Positions 17,752 through 26,829 of a stretch of 64,000 nucleotides of DNA are shown piece after piece. Within the stretch, counting starts at the first letter, position 1; each line of letters begins with the position of its first letter. The DNA lies in assembly GCA_028287465.1 (NCBI GenBank), contig JAQBPO010000067.1:5353-69352 (forward strand). Reading direction: 5' to 3'. A program made the position numbers and the translations under genes. The stretch comes from Fibrobacterota bacterium. Lineage in GTDB: Bacteria; Fibrobacterota; Fibrobacteria; UBA11236. The notes beneath the pieces are model-generated. The model saw nothing but the letters and a program-made list of their open reading frames with translations. It had not been told where the DNA came from and searched no databases.

Positions 17752-19083
17752 ATGAGAGCCCTGAAGACCGCCATCCACCTGTTACCTAGCCTTGCCGTGG
17801 GGATCGCCCTCGGGGCGGTCCCTTCCGAGTCGCCCTATTCCACCCCCCAGCCCCCGTTCTACGGGCAGGTCCGGACCCGCACGGAATACGACATCAAGGG
17901 CATGGCCGACACCACCACCAAGAAGGCGCTGCTGAATACGCAATTGCGCACGCGCTTGGGATTCGTGGCCGTGCCCAACCCCGCCATCGAAATCAAGATC
18001 GAGATCCAGGACGTCCGCTTCATGGGGAGCGAAACCAATGCGGCCAACAATCCGGCCTCCGCCACCGTGGGCAATCTGAAAGGCCTGGATCTGATGCAGG
18101 GCTATTTCGCCGTGGAGCAGGGACCTTTCAAGACCGCCATCGGCCGCCAGAAGATGTCCCTGGGAGCGGGACGCTTCCTGAGTACCCTGGAATGGAGCCC
18201 CACGTCCCGTGCCTTCGATGGATGGTCCGGCAATCTCGCCCTGGGAAACGGGAACCTGACGGGCCTGGCCTACCTGATCCGGGATACGAACACCATCGTC
18301 ACCGGGGACAATGCGATCCTGTCCGGGCTTTACTACAGCCATCAGATCACCCCGGACATCGTCGCGGAAGCCTACGGCTTCTATGACGAGTCCCGCCTGG
18401 CCAGCGCCTACGGCGGCGTTACCGCCCAGGCCTTCGACCTGCTCAACTACGGCGAACGCGTGGCCGGCAAGGTCGGCATATTCGCATTCGAAGAGGAATT
18501 CATCTGGCAGGGCGGCGAAGTGTCGGTGGGCGGCAAGGACAAGGACAATACGGCCTTCCAGCTGGCCACGCGCCTGGGCATCGCCTTAGGGACGCATAAG
18601 GCCAATGCGGGCCTGGACATCATGAGCGGCGACGATACCCCGACGGACGATGACATCTCGACCTACCGCGCCAATTATTATTTCGCCCACAACCTGTACG
18701 GCTGGATGGATTATTTCGCGTCCAATCCCGCCTTCGGCGTCATGGACTGGCGCCTGGACGGCGACTTCGGCTTCCTGCCGGGCCCGAACGGGAATCCCCG
18801 CGTCTCCTTCAAGCCCCAATACCATTTCTTCACGCCCCAGGCCGCCCCATCCGGAATGGACGACGCCTACGGCCAGGAAATCGACGCGGAAGTGCACGTG
18901 GCCTGGTTCCCGAAGTCCAACATCGTGCTGGGCGCGGGCTTCTTCATCCCCGGCGACAATGCCTTCCGGCTTCCCGCCGCCTCGCAGGCTTCGCCCGGAG
19001 TCCCTACCGCGCGCCTGGCGAATGCAACCGCTAGCAAGGAGACCGGCTTCTTCCTCTACTTCATGCCTGTGTTCAACTTCTGA
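17752..19083 (+). CDS. Outer-membrane porin of the alginate-export (AlgE-like) family, placed directly after the nrt genes
   Basis: Signal peptide, an alternating beta-strand pattern, and a C-terminal ...FMPVFNF ending in Phe. Confidence 0.55.
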   Translation: MRALKTAIHLLPSLAVGIALGAVPSESPYSTPQPPFYGQVRTRTEYDIKGMADTTTKKALLNTQLRTRLGFVAVPNPAIEIKIEIQDVRFMGSETNAANNPASATVGNLKGLDLMQGYFAVEQGPFKTAIGRQKMSLGAGRFLSTLEWSPTSRAFDGWSGNLALGNGNLTGLAYLIRDTNTIVTGDNAILSGLYYSHQITPDIVAEAYGFYDESRLASAYGGVTAQAFDLLNYGERVAGKVGIFAFEEEFIWQGGEVSVGGKDKDNTAFQLATRLGIALGTHKANAGLDIMSGDDTPTDDDISTYRANYYFAHNLYGWMDYFASNPAFGVMDWRLDGDFGFLPGPNGNPRVSFKPQYHFFTPQAAPSGMDDAYGQEIDAEVHVAWFPKSNIVLGAGFFIPGDNAFRLPAASQASPGVPTARLANATASKETGFFLYFMPVFNF

Positions 19084-19135
19084 GCCTGTAAAATGGAGCG
19101 CGCCATGCGGCAGGCGCGCCACTATCGCCGGTCCG

Positions 19136-19759
19136 TCAATCCCAGGCTTCGCCGAAGTTGAAGGACAAACCCGCGCCCCACCGGTATTCGTACGCTTCGT
19201 TCCAGAAATAGGGCGAAAGGCTTTCGCCGTGGAAGAGCGTCCCGGGCTTATGGTTGTTCAGGTTGGCCTGCAGGCCGCCTTCAGCATAGAGCGATACGTA
19301 GCGCGTCCTCCCCCATTCGGCTCCGATCAGCGCCGGTACCGAAAGCAGCCGGACCTCGCCTTTCACGGTCTCTTTCAGCCCCAGGGAATCATCCTCCACA
19401 TCGAACCTGGCGTTCTGCCTGGTATGGACGATCCCGGTCGCCAGATAGAAATGGCGAAAGGGGTAATAGCGGTATTCCAGGGTGGCGGCCAAACCGGAAA
19501 CCCGCACTTCCACGGGAAGGGTCCGCCTTTCATGCACCAGAAAGGCATCGAAGGTGCCATTGGATTGCGTCACGCCGGCCATGGTCCTGAACTGGTGCCT
19601 TTGGCCGCAGTTCAAGGCGAGGCCTGGGCCGGATCCGCTTCCCGTTCCCGTATGCAGGAAAAACCCCAGGGGTTTCACGCCTTCGCCCGCGTCCGCGAGG
19701 CCGGCAAGCAGGACGGCGACGGTAAGGATCGCGGCCAATTCGGGTCCGAAGGAACGCAT
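19136..19759 (-). CDS. Small outer-membrane beta-barrel protein (hypothetical)
   Basis: Signal MRSFGPELAAILTVAVLLAGLADA, alternating hydrophobic beta strands, and an aromatic-rich C-terminus. Confidence 0.5.
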   Translation of the reverse strand: MRSFGPELAAILTVAVLLAGLADAGEGVKPLGFFLHTGTGSGSGPGLALNCGQRHQFRTMAGVTQSNGTFDAFLVHERRTLPVEVRVSGLAATLEYRYYPFRHFYLATGIVHTRQNARFDVEDDSLGLKETVKGEVRLLSVPALIGAEWGRTRYVSLYAEGGLQANLNNHKPGTLFHGESLSPYFWNEAYEYRWGAGLSFNFGEAWD

Positions 19760-19845
19760 GGTATCCCAAACGATAATAAACGGTCCGGGCGGGAAGTCCG
19801 CACCCGGCTTTTCTGGGACCCGCCCCGCGATGGTATATTAGACCC

Positions 19846-21939
19846 ATGCAGCCAACCCGATCGACCCAGGCAAAACCCGGATTCCCGGTTTTCACCTATC
19901 CCGCCACCCGTAAATCCGACCAGCAGGACATCCTGCATGGCGTCCCCATCGCGGACCCCTACCGATGGCTGGAAGACCTGGATGCGCCGGAAACCGCGGC
20001 CTGGGTGGAAGCGCAGAACCGGGTGACCTTCGGTTTCCTGGAATCCATCCCCGCGCAGGAGCGCCTTAAGGCGTGGCTGACGGGTTTGTGGAATTTCGAA
20101 CGGTACGGGTCGACCTTCAGTAAGGGCGGGCGTTACTTCTTCTTCAAGAACGATGGCCTGCAGAACCAGAGCGTCCTCTATACCATGGCGCGCCTGGAGG
20201 ATGAACCGCGGGTGCTGATCGACCCGAACGGTTTCTCGGCGGACGGGACCGTGGCCTTGACCACCCTCGGAATCAGCGAGGACGGGGAACTCCTGGTCTA
20301 TGGCACCTCCGCATCGGGCTCGGATTGGGAAACCTGGCGGGTGCGCAAGGTTTCCGGCGGGGAAGACCTGGCCGACAGGCTCGATCGCATCAAATTCTCC
20401 TCGCCCGCCTGGAGCAAGGACGGATCGGGATTCTTCTACGCGCGCTTCGACGGCGATGCGGCCAAGCTCGAAGAGGTCAACCGGTTCCAGAAGCTCTATT
20501 TCCACCGCCTGGGCGATGCGCAGGAATCGGACCGGCTGGTATACCATCGACCCGACCAAAGCGAATGGGGCTTTTCGCCGGAGGTGAGCGAGGACGGGAG
20601 CACCCTGATCATCTCGGTATGGAAGGGGACCGATCCCAAGAACCTGATTTTCTGGCAGGACCTGCGGGACCCCGGTTCGGAAGTGCGCGAACTGGTTCCG
20701 GAGTTCCGGGCCAAGTTCACCCATTCCGGGGACGCGGGCCGGACCTTGTGGTTCCTCACCGATCTGGACGCCCCGCGCGGCCGGGTATTGGCCATCGATC
20801 TGGACCGGCCGGAAGAGAAGGATTGGCGGGCCCTGGTCCCGCAGGACGCGGATACCCTGGAGGGGGTCCATGCGGTGGGTAACCGCCTGGTCGCGTCCTA
20901 CCTGCGTGACGCCCACTCGGTGGTCCGCGCCTTCTCCTTCCAGGGGGAGGCCTTGGGCGAGATCGCCCTGCCGGGCCTGGGCACGGTGAGCGGCTTCACC
21001 GGGGAGACGGGCGACATGGAATCGTTCTTCGGGTTCACGGGGTTCACCGTCCCTTCCGCCGTCTACCGCCATGACTTCAATACCGGCAAGTACGGGCTCT
21101 TCCGCAAACCGGTCCTGGATTTCGACGCTTCCCAGTTCGAGACCAGCCAGGTGTTCTACGCCGGCAAGGACGGGACGCGCATCCCCATGTTCCTGGTGCA
21201 CAAGCGCGGTCTGGTCCTCGACGGCAACGCGCCGGTCTACCTGTACGGCTACGGCGGGTTCAACATCTCCCTGACGCCTTCCTTTTCGGTGGGCAACCTG
21301 CCCTGGCTGGAGCTGGGCGGGGTGCTGGCGGTGGCCAACATCCGCGGAGGCGGCGAGTACGGCGAGGAATGGCACCAGGCCGGGGCGAAGGAACGGAAGC
21401 AGAACTGCTTCGACGATTTCATCGCCGCGGCGGAATGGCTCGTGAAGGAGCGCTATACGCGGCCCGCGCGCTTGGCCATCGGCGGCGGCAGCAATGGCGG
21501 CCTGCTGGTGGCGGCGTGCATGGTGCAGCGTCCGGATCTGTTCGGAGCGGTTCTGCCCGCGGTGGGCGTGCTGGACATGCTCCGATTCCACAAGTTCACC
21601 ATCGGATGGGCCTGGGAATCGGACTACGGCAGCCCGGATCGCGAGGAGGATTTCCGCATCCAGCTTGCCTATTCCCCTTTGCACAACCTGAAACCCGGCA
21701 CGGCCTATCCCGCGACCCTGATCACCACGGCCGATCATGACGACCGCGTGGTCCCTTCCCATAGCTTCAAGTTCGCGGCGGCCCTGCAGGCGGCCCAGGC
21801 CGGGCCGGCGCCCACCCTGATCCGCATCGAGACCAAGGCGGGCCATGGGGGAGGCAAACCCATGACCAAGGTGATCGAGGAGACCGCCGACCGCTGGGCC
21901 TTCCTGGTGCGCGTGCTTGGGGTCGATTTCCCGGGTTAG
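19846..21939 (+). CDS. Prolyl oligopeptidase (S9A family serine peptidase)
   Basis: N-terminal ADPYRWLEDLD, a beta-propeller region, and the catalytic GGSNGGLL...DDRV...H arrangement. Confidence 0.85.
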   Translation: MQPTRSTQAKPGFPVFTYPATRKSDQQDILHGVPIADPYRWLEDLDAPETAAWVEAQNRVTFGFLESIPAQERLKAWLTGLWNFERYGSTFSKGGRYFFFKNDGLQNQSVLYTMARLEDEPRVLIDPNGFSADGTVALTTLGISEDGELLVYGTSASGSDWETWRVRKVSGGEDLADRLDRIKFSSPAWSKDGSGFFYARFDGDAAKLEEVNRFQKLYFHRLGDAQESDRLVYHRPDQSEWGFSPEVSEDGSTLIISVWKGTDPKNLIFWQDLRDPGSEVRELVPEFRAKFTHSGDAGRTLWFLTDLDAPRGRVLAIDLDRPEEKDWRALVPQDADTLEGVHAVGNRLVASYLRDAHSVVRAFSFQGEALGEIALPGLGTVSGFTGETGDMESFFGFTGFTVPSAVYRHDFNTGKYGLFRKPVLDFDASQFETSQVFYAGKDGTRIPMFLVHKRGLVLDGNAPVYLYGYGGFNISLTPSFSVGNLPWLELGGVLAVANIRGGGEYGEEWHQAGAKERKQNCFDDFIAAAEWLVKERYTRPARLAIGGGSNGGLLVAACMVQRPDLFGAVLPAVGVLDMLRFHKFTIGWAWESDYGSPDREEDFRIQLAYSPLHNLKPGTAYPATLITTADHDDRVVPSHSFKFAAALQAAQAGPAPTLIRIETKAGHGGGKPMTKVIEETADRWAFLVRVLGVDFPG

Positions 21940-22057
21940 CCCGAGAGGAATGGCCCGGAGCGTAAGGAAGGACGCGGGTCGGCCGGAGTGGGGACTCATA
22001 CGGCCGCGAAATAGTATTCTTTCACCTTGGATCCATTACATCCCCCAAGGAGTCCGC

Positions 22058-22510
22058 ATGCCCGTAGAACCCCACATCCATCTCCATTGGCCCGCCCTCG
22101 CGACGGCGGTGCTCGTCAGCATGATTTTAAGCTTCCTTTGGTTCGGACCGATCTTCGGAAGGACCTGGGCCCGCGAAATGAAATTCGCCCCGGACTTCAG
22201 GCCCACGGCGGCAGCCATGATCAAGGCGACCGTATTGCAGCTCATAGGAACCCTCCTGACGGTCTACGTACTCGCGCATAGCGAAGAAGTCTGGAGGCCC
22301 TTTTCCTCCTGGGGCTTGGGGACCACGGACGGCCCGAACTGGATGTACGGCGTGATGTCCGCCGGGTTCACCTGGATCGGCTTCCAGGTGCCGTTGCTGC
22401 TCTCCGCGATCGGCTGGGAACACAAAACCTGGAAGCTGTTCGGAATCAATGCGGCGGGAAACCTGGTGACCTTGCTCGCGCAGGGGATGATCCTGGCCAC
22501 CTGGCGTTGA
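22058..22510 (+). CDS. DUF1761-family small membrane protein
   Basis: AAGGAG RBS, start MPVEPHIH, four transmembrane helices. Confidence 0.5.
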   Translation: MPVEPHIHLHWPALATAVLVSMILSFLWFGPIFGRTWAREMKFAPDFRPTAAAMIKATVLQLIGTLLTVYVLAHSEEVWRPFSSWGLGTTDGPNWMYGVMSAGFTWIGFQVPLLLSAIGWEHKTWKLFGINAAGNLVTLLAQGMILATWR

Positions 22511-22531
22511 ACCGCCCGGTCGGGTAGGACC

Positions 22532-23224
22532 TTATGGGTCCGTGGGGTCCGTGGTGTCCGTAGGGCCCGCAGCCTCGCGGGATCCGCGGGCCTGGCGCTT
22601 GCCGATGATCAGGCTTCCGTACTGCTCCCGCAGGGAAGCCGCGATCGCGGGATTCTCGCCGAGATGCTCCAAGGCGAAGGCCACGGCCTCGATGGTGGAT
22701 AGCCCTTCGCTCTTGACCTGGGGCCGCAAGGAGGGATGATCCGGGTTCAGGCTGATGCGATTGAGCTTCAGCAGCCATGAGTTACGCCACCATAGCGCTT
22801 TGGATTGCTTCCAGGTCCCATCGAGGGCGATGATGCCCTTCAGCCCCGGAATCTCCTTCAGCGGCAGCTTCTTGGGATTGATGATGGTGAGCGGGTCGTC
22901 GGATTTCTTCTGATCCGGCTTCAGGTAGAGCACGCCCCATTGCGAGGGCATTTCCTCCGGCCCGGCCACCTTTTTGAAACTGGGCCAGGAAAGCCCGACG
23001 AAAATATCGCTGTTCCTGAGCGCCAGGCGGGTGAGGCGCGCCGAGTTCAGGGACTTGAACTGCTCCTGGGGATGCTGGAGGATGACCACGCGGAGCCTAT
23101 TGCCGCTCGCCGCGACCTTGGCGCAGATGCAGGAATCCTTGGGCCGGAAGCAGTTTTCGCAGACCGAAGCCTTGTCGAATTTCTGCTTGGCGCGCGGGTC
23201 GGTGGGGATGAATTTCGGCTGCAT
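22532..23224 (-). CDS. DTW-domain protein (tRNA acp3U synthase-like, TapT/YfiP family) with a C-terminal (T)DP repeat tail
   Basis: Cys cluster CENCFRPKDSCIC and a DGTW motif (ALDGTWKQSKALW). The tail PTDTTDPTDP is encoded by 9-bp repeats at 22535-22561. Confidence 0.75.
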   Translation of the reverse strand: MQPKFIPTDPRAKQKFDKASVCENCFRPKDSCICAKVAASGNRLRVVILQHPQEQFKSLNSARLTRLALRNSDIFVGLSWPSFKKVAGPEEMPSQWGVLYLKPDQKKSDDPLTIINPKKLPLKEIPGLKGIIALDGTWKQSKALWWRNSWLLKLNRISLNPDHPSLRPQVKSEGLSTIEAVAFALEHLGENPAIAASLREQYGSLIIGKRQARGSREAAGPTDTTDPTDP

Positions 23225-23261
23225 TTAGGTTGGCCCGGAAATATAGAACCTTAACGAAACC

Positions 23262-24035
23262 TTACGAAGCCCGTCGGTACGCCCGGAAGGCCTGGGTCGA
23301 GATCCAGACCGAAACCAGCATGAACCCCAGCAGCATCGCCGCCGCTTTGGCCACTCCCAGCCAGTCCTGGCCGAGCATGGCGTCCCGGGAGGCCACCACG
23401 GCCCAGTTCACGGGATTGGCGCGGGCCAGGGCCCGGATCCAACCGGGCATGAGATCGGAGGCCATGAAGGCGGTGGAAAGGAAGGTCAAGGGAAGGCCGA
23501 AGAAGTTGATCACGGCGATGAGGGTTTCCTCCCGCCGCGTGATGAGGGCCAGCCCGTTGGACAGGGCGGACATGCCCGCGCCCAGGAGCGACCCCAGGGA
23601 CAGGATGGCCAGGAACCCGGGAAGGCCGCCGGCAATGCGGGCGCCGAGCAGCATGCCGAAAAGCAGGATGATGACGGACTGCACGGCCACGGTGATGGCG
23701 GCATGGAGGACCCGCGCCGACATGAGAGCGGCGCGATGGACCGGCGTGGCCAACATGCGATCCATCACCCCATCGGTCAGATCCTCGATGATGCCCATTC
23801 CCGACCAGGCGGATCCGAATAGCGCGGTCATGATCACCACCCCGGGCGTGAGGAACTGGATGTAGGAGGCCGAACCGAATCCCGGGATCTCCACCACGCG
23901 GCGGAACAGCTGCCCGTAGATGGTGAGCCAGATGACCGGCTGGATCAGGGTTATGGCGATCCAGATGGGAATGCGCACGGTGGTGCGCAGGTGGCGCAGC
24001 AGTATGAACCAGGTATCGGAAAGGAAGGCCTTCAT
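23262..24035 (-). CDS. ABC-2 type transporter permease
   Basis: Six transmembrane helices; coupled to the upstream ATPase by an ATGA overlap. Confidence 0.75.
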   Translation of the reverse strand: MKAFLSDTWFILLRHLRTTVRIPIWIAITLIQPVIWLTIYGQLFRRVVEIPGFGSASYIQFLTPGVVIMTALFGSAWSGMGIIEDLTDGVMDRMLATPVHRAALMSARVLHAAITVAVQSVIILLFGMLLGARIAGGLPGFLAILSLGSLLGAGMSALSNGLALITRREETLIAVINFFGLPLTFLSTAFMASDLMPGWIRALARANPVNWAVVASRDAMLGQDWLGVAKAAAMLLGFMLVSVWISTQAFRAYRRAS

Positions 24036-25012
24036 GCCGCCGGCTCCGATCCGGCTTCGCCTTCACCCTGGAAGCGGCGGCCGGTATGGTGGAGATAGAC
24101 ATCGTCCAGGGTGGGGCGGCTCAGGGTCGAGGAGCTGACCGTGATCCCGGCCCGCTCCAGGGTGGTGATGAGGAGGGGCATGGCCGATGCGCCCCGGTCC
24201 GCGCGCACGATGGCCCGGGAACCGTCGGCGATGGTTTCCAGGACCCCTGGGAGCGGTTTCAGCAAGGCGGCCGCCCGCGCGGATTCCCCGCCCACCTCCA
24301 GGGTGACGGTATCGCCGCTGATGCGCGCCTTCAGTTCCGCCGGGGTGCCTTCCACCACGACCTTGCCGTGATCGACGATGGCCAGGCGATCGCAGAGATG
24401 ATCAGCCTCCTCCAGGTAATGGGTGGTCAGCAGCACGGTCAGGTTCCGCTCCTGCCTCAGGCGCTTCAGATCCCGCCACAGGGCGGCGCGGGTTTCCGGA
24501 TCCAGCCCGGTGGTGGGTTCGTCCAGGAAGAGCACGGTGGGTTCATTGACCAGGCCCATGGCCAGGTCCAGGCGGCGCTTCATGCCTCCCGAATAGGTTT
24601 TCACGATGCGGTCGGCGGGACCGGTCAGATCGACCCATTGCAACAGGGTCTTGACCCGCGAGGGGATTTCGCCGGCCGGCACGCGCATGAGATGGGCCTG
24701 CAGGGTGAGGTTTTCGCGCCCGGTGGCCCACTTGTCCACGCCCGAAGCCTGGGCCACCAGGCCGATGCGCAGGCGGACGCCCGCGGGGTTCCCGATCACG
24801 TCGCAACCCGCCACGGAAGCCGTGCCGCCGTCGGGCCGGGTGAGGGTGGCCAGGATGCGGACCGTGGTGCTCTTGCCGGCCCCGTTGGGGCCGAGCAGGC
24901 CGAAGATCTCCCCCGGACGCACCTTGAAGGAAACGCCTTCCAGGGCCTTCACGCCGTTCTTGTAGGTTTTTTCCAGGCCTTCGCAGGCGATGGCCGCGTC
25001 CATATGGGGCAT
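24032..25012 (-). CDS. ABC transporter ATP-binding protein (DrrA-like exporter ATPase)
   Basis: GPNGAGKST, LSGGMKRRLDLA, LFLDEPTTGLD. Confidence 0.85.
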   Translation of the reverse strand: MPHMDAAIACEGLEKTYKNGVKALEGVSFKVRPGEIFGLLGPNGAGKSTTVRILATLTRPDGGTASVAGCDVIGNPAGVRLRIGLVAQASGVDKWATGRENLTLQAHLMRVPAGEIPSRVKTLLQWVDLTGPADRIVKTYSGGMKRRLDLAMGLVNEPTVLFLDEPTTGLDPETRAALWRDLKRLRQERNLTVLLTTHYLEEADHLCDRLAIVDHGKVVVEGTPAELKARISGDTVTLEVGGESARAAALLKPLPGVLETIADGSRAIVRADRGASAMPLLITTLERAGITVSSSTLSRPTLDDVYLHHTGRRFQGEGEAGSEPAA

Positions 25013-25088
25013 AACCGGTAAATCTAAATAAGTACGCCGTTTTGGGCCCCGGCGCTACCTGGAAACGGGCGTCATTTTATTAATCTTA

Positions 25089-25721
25089 ATGGATATGCAA
25101 AGCCTGAATTCCCTCTTCGACAACAACCGCCAATGGGCCAAGGAAATCCTCAAGGTCGACGCGCAGTTCTTCGAGAAACTCTCCAAGCAGCAGTCCCCGC
25201 GATACCTGTGGATCGGCTGCTCGGACAGCCGCGTTCCCGCCAACGAAATAGTCGGGCTCCTCCCCGGCGAACTCTTCGTGCACCGCAACGTGTCCAACCT
25301 GGTGGTCCACACGGACATGAATTGCCTGTCGGTGATGCAATACGCCGTCGCCGTCCTCAAGGTCGAGCATATCATCGTCTGCGGCCATTACGGGTGCGGC
25401 GGCGTGGCGGCGGCCATGGAGGATCGGCCCCATGGCCTGATCGACAATTGGCTGCGCAACGTGCGGGACCTGTACTATCTGTACGAGAAGGAGATGGTGG
25501 CCATCAAGGATCCCACCGAAAGGGTGAACCGGCTGTGCGAGATCAACGTGGCCAGCCAGGTCTTCAACGTCTGCAATACCACCATCGTGCAGGAAGCCTG
25601 GGACAAGGGCCAGACCCTCAACGTGCACGGCTGGATCTACGGCATCAACGACGGACTCCTGCGCGATCTGAACGTTTCCGTTTCCTCCGTGTCCGAAATG
25701 CGCCAATTGGGGATCCGGTAA
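25089..25721 (+). CDS. Beta-class carbonic anhydrase
   Basis: CSDSR...HxxCGG motif set (GCSDSRVP, HYGCGG). Confidence 0.85.
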   Translation: MDMQSLNSLFDNNRQWAKEILKVDAQFFEKLSKQQSPRYLWIGCSDSRVPANEIVGLLPGELFVHRNVSNLVVHTDMNCLSVMQYAVAVLKVEHIIVCGHYGCGGVAAAMEDRPHGLIDNWLRNVRDLYYLYEKEMVAIKDPTERVNRLCEINVASQVFNVCNTTIVQEAWDKGQTLNVHGWIYGINDGLLRDLNVSVSSVSEMRQLGIR

Positions 25722-25785
25722 AAAGCTTCCCCGGAGCGGTCGAGAATGTTAGTTTCATCGACACAATCCAAAAGGAGCATCCAAC

Positions 25786-26208
25786 ATGCCTGCACGTAAA
25801 GCCAAAGCCACCTGGCTCGGGGACCTCAAGAGCGGAAACGGACAGATGTCCTTCGGCGGCCGTTTCGAACAGCCTTTCTCCTTTTCGACCCGCTTCGAGA
25901 ACGGAAACGGCAGCAATCCCGAAGAGCTGATCGGCGGCGCCCTCGCGGGCTGCTTCTCCATGGCCCTCTCCGGCGGCCTCTCCAAGGCCGGCTTCACCGC
26001 CACCCGCATCCAGAGCGAAGCCGACGTCTACATCGAGAAGGTGGGCGAGGGTTTCAAGATCACCAAGATCGACCTGCGGACGGAAGCCGAGATCCCCGGC
26101 ATCGATCGCGCCAAGTTCATGGAAATCGCCGAAGCCACCAAGAAGGGCTGCCCCGTTTCCCAGGCCCTGGCCTCGACCCCGATCAATCTGGAAGCCAAGC
26201 TGGCCTGA
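25786..26208 (+). CDS. OsmC/Ohr-family peroxiredoxin
   Basis: 140 aa with two conserved Cys (LAGCFS and KKGCPVS). Confidence 0.85.
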   Translation: MPARKAKATWLGDLKSGNGQMSFGGRFEQPFSFSTRFENGNGSNPEELIGGALAGCFSMALSGGLSKAGFTATRIQSEADVYIEKVGEGFKITKIDLRTEAEIPGIDRAKFMEIAEATKKGCPVSQALASTPINLEAKLA

Positions 26209-26224
26209 TCCCTCCGTCCGCCGC

Positions 26225-26815
26225 ATGCCGGATAACGGCCATGCGGCGGCTGATGGACCGCCCGTAAATGGCTACCTTGGGGCGATGGCAACGCGCACCG
26301 CAAACGTCATCGCCCTGATCCTAATCCTGGCCTCCTTCGGATGCCTGGTCCCCGGCCTTTCCCTTCCCGCACTCACCCTGGATATCTCGCCGGTCCTGCC
26401 CTTCCTGGGCAAGATGGCCCTCTACCACCAGACCCGCAGCATCATCGGGACGGTGCGTAACCTGTACGATACCGGCAACACCCTGGTGGCCGGCCTCATC
26501 CTCCTCTTCAGCGTGATCGTACCCTTCGCCAAAGGGCTGAGCCTGCTGTACGTGATGTCTTGGAAGAGAGCGCCCAACCGCATGGCCTTGTTCCGCTTCG
26601 TCTCCGCTATCGGCAAATGGTCCATGGCGGACGTGTTCGTGATGGGGATCTTCCTGGCGTACCTGGCCACCGGGGCGGCCGTGGGCGTCACGGCCCAGCT
26701 GCACGAGGGATTCTGGTTCTTCCTCGGGTATTGCCTGTTGTCCGTGGCCTCGGCCCAATTGATGCGGGTGGAAACCGCTCCCGCTTCCCCGGCTTCTCCG
26801 GCCCGGACGGTCTGA
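26225..26815 (+). CDS. PqiA-like (paraquat-inducible protein A family) membrane protein, single-domain form
   Basis: Four transmembrane helices and a KWSMADVFVMGIF motif. The true start may be the downstream MATRT at 26285. Confidence 0.5.
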   Translation: MPDNGHAAADGPPVNGYLGAMATRTANVIALILILASFGCLVPGLSLPALTLDISPVLPFLGKMALYHQTRSIIGTVRNLYDTGNTLVAGLILLFSVIVPFAKGLSLLYVMSWKRAPNRMALFRFVSAIGKWSMADVFVMGIFLAYLATGAAVGVTAQLHEGFWFFLGYCLLSVASAQLMRVETAPASPASPARTV

Positions 26816-26829
26816 AAGGCCCGGCCGGC

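Noticed and set aside
19675-21999. 774-aa ORF on the minus strand
   Set aside because: It is antisense to prolyl oligopeptidase, which has the S9 catalytic motifs.
26214-26245. Inverted repeat CCGCCGCATG-N12-CATGCGGCGG after osmC as a terminator
   Set aside because: It has no U-tract, and it overlaps the predicted start region of the PqiA-like gene. It is more likely to lie within or near coding sequence.
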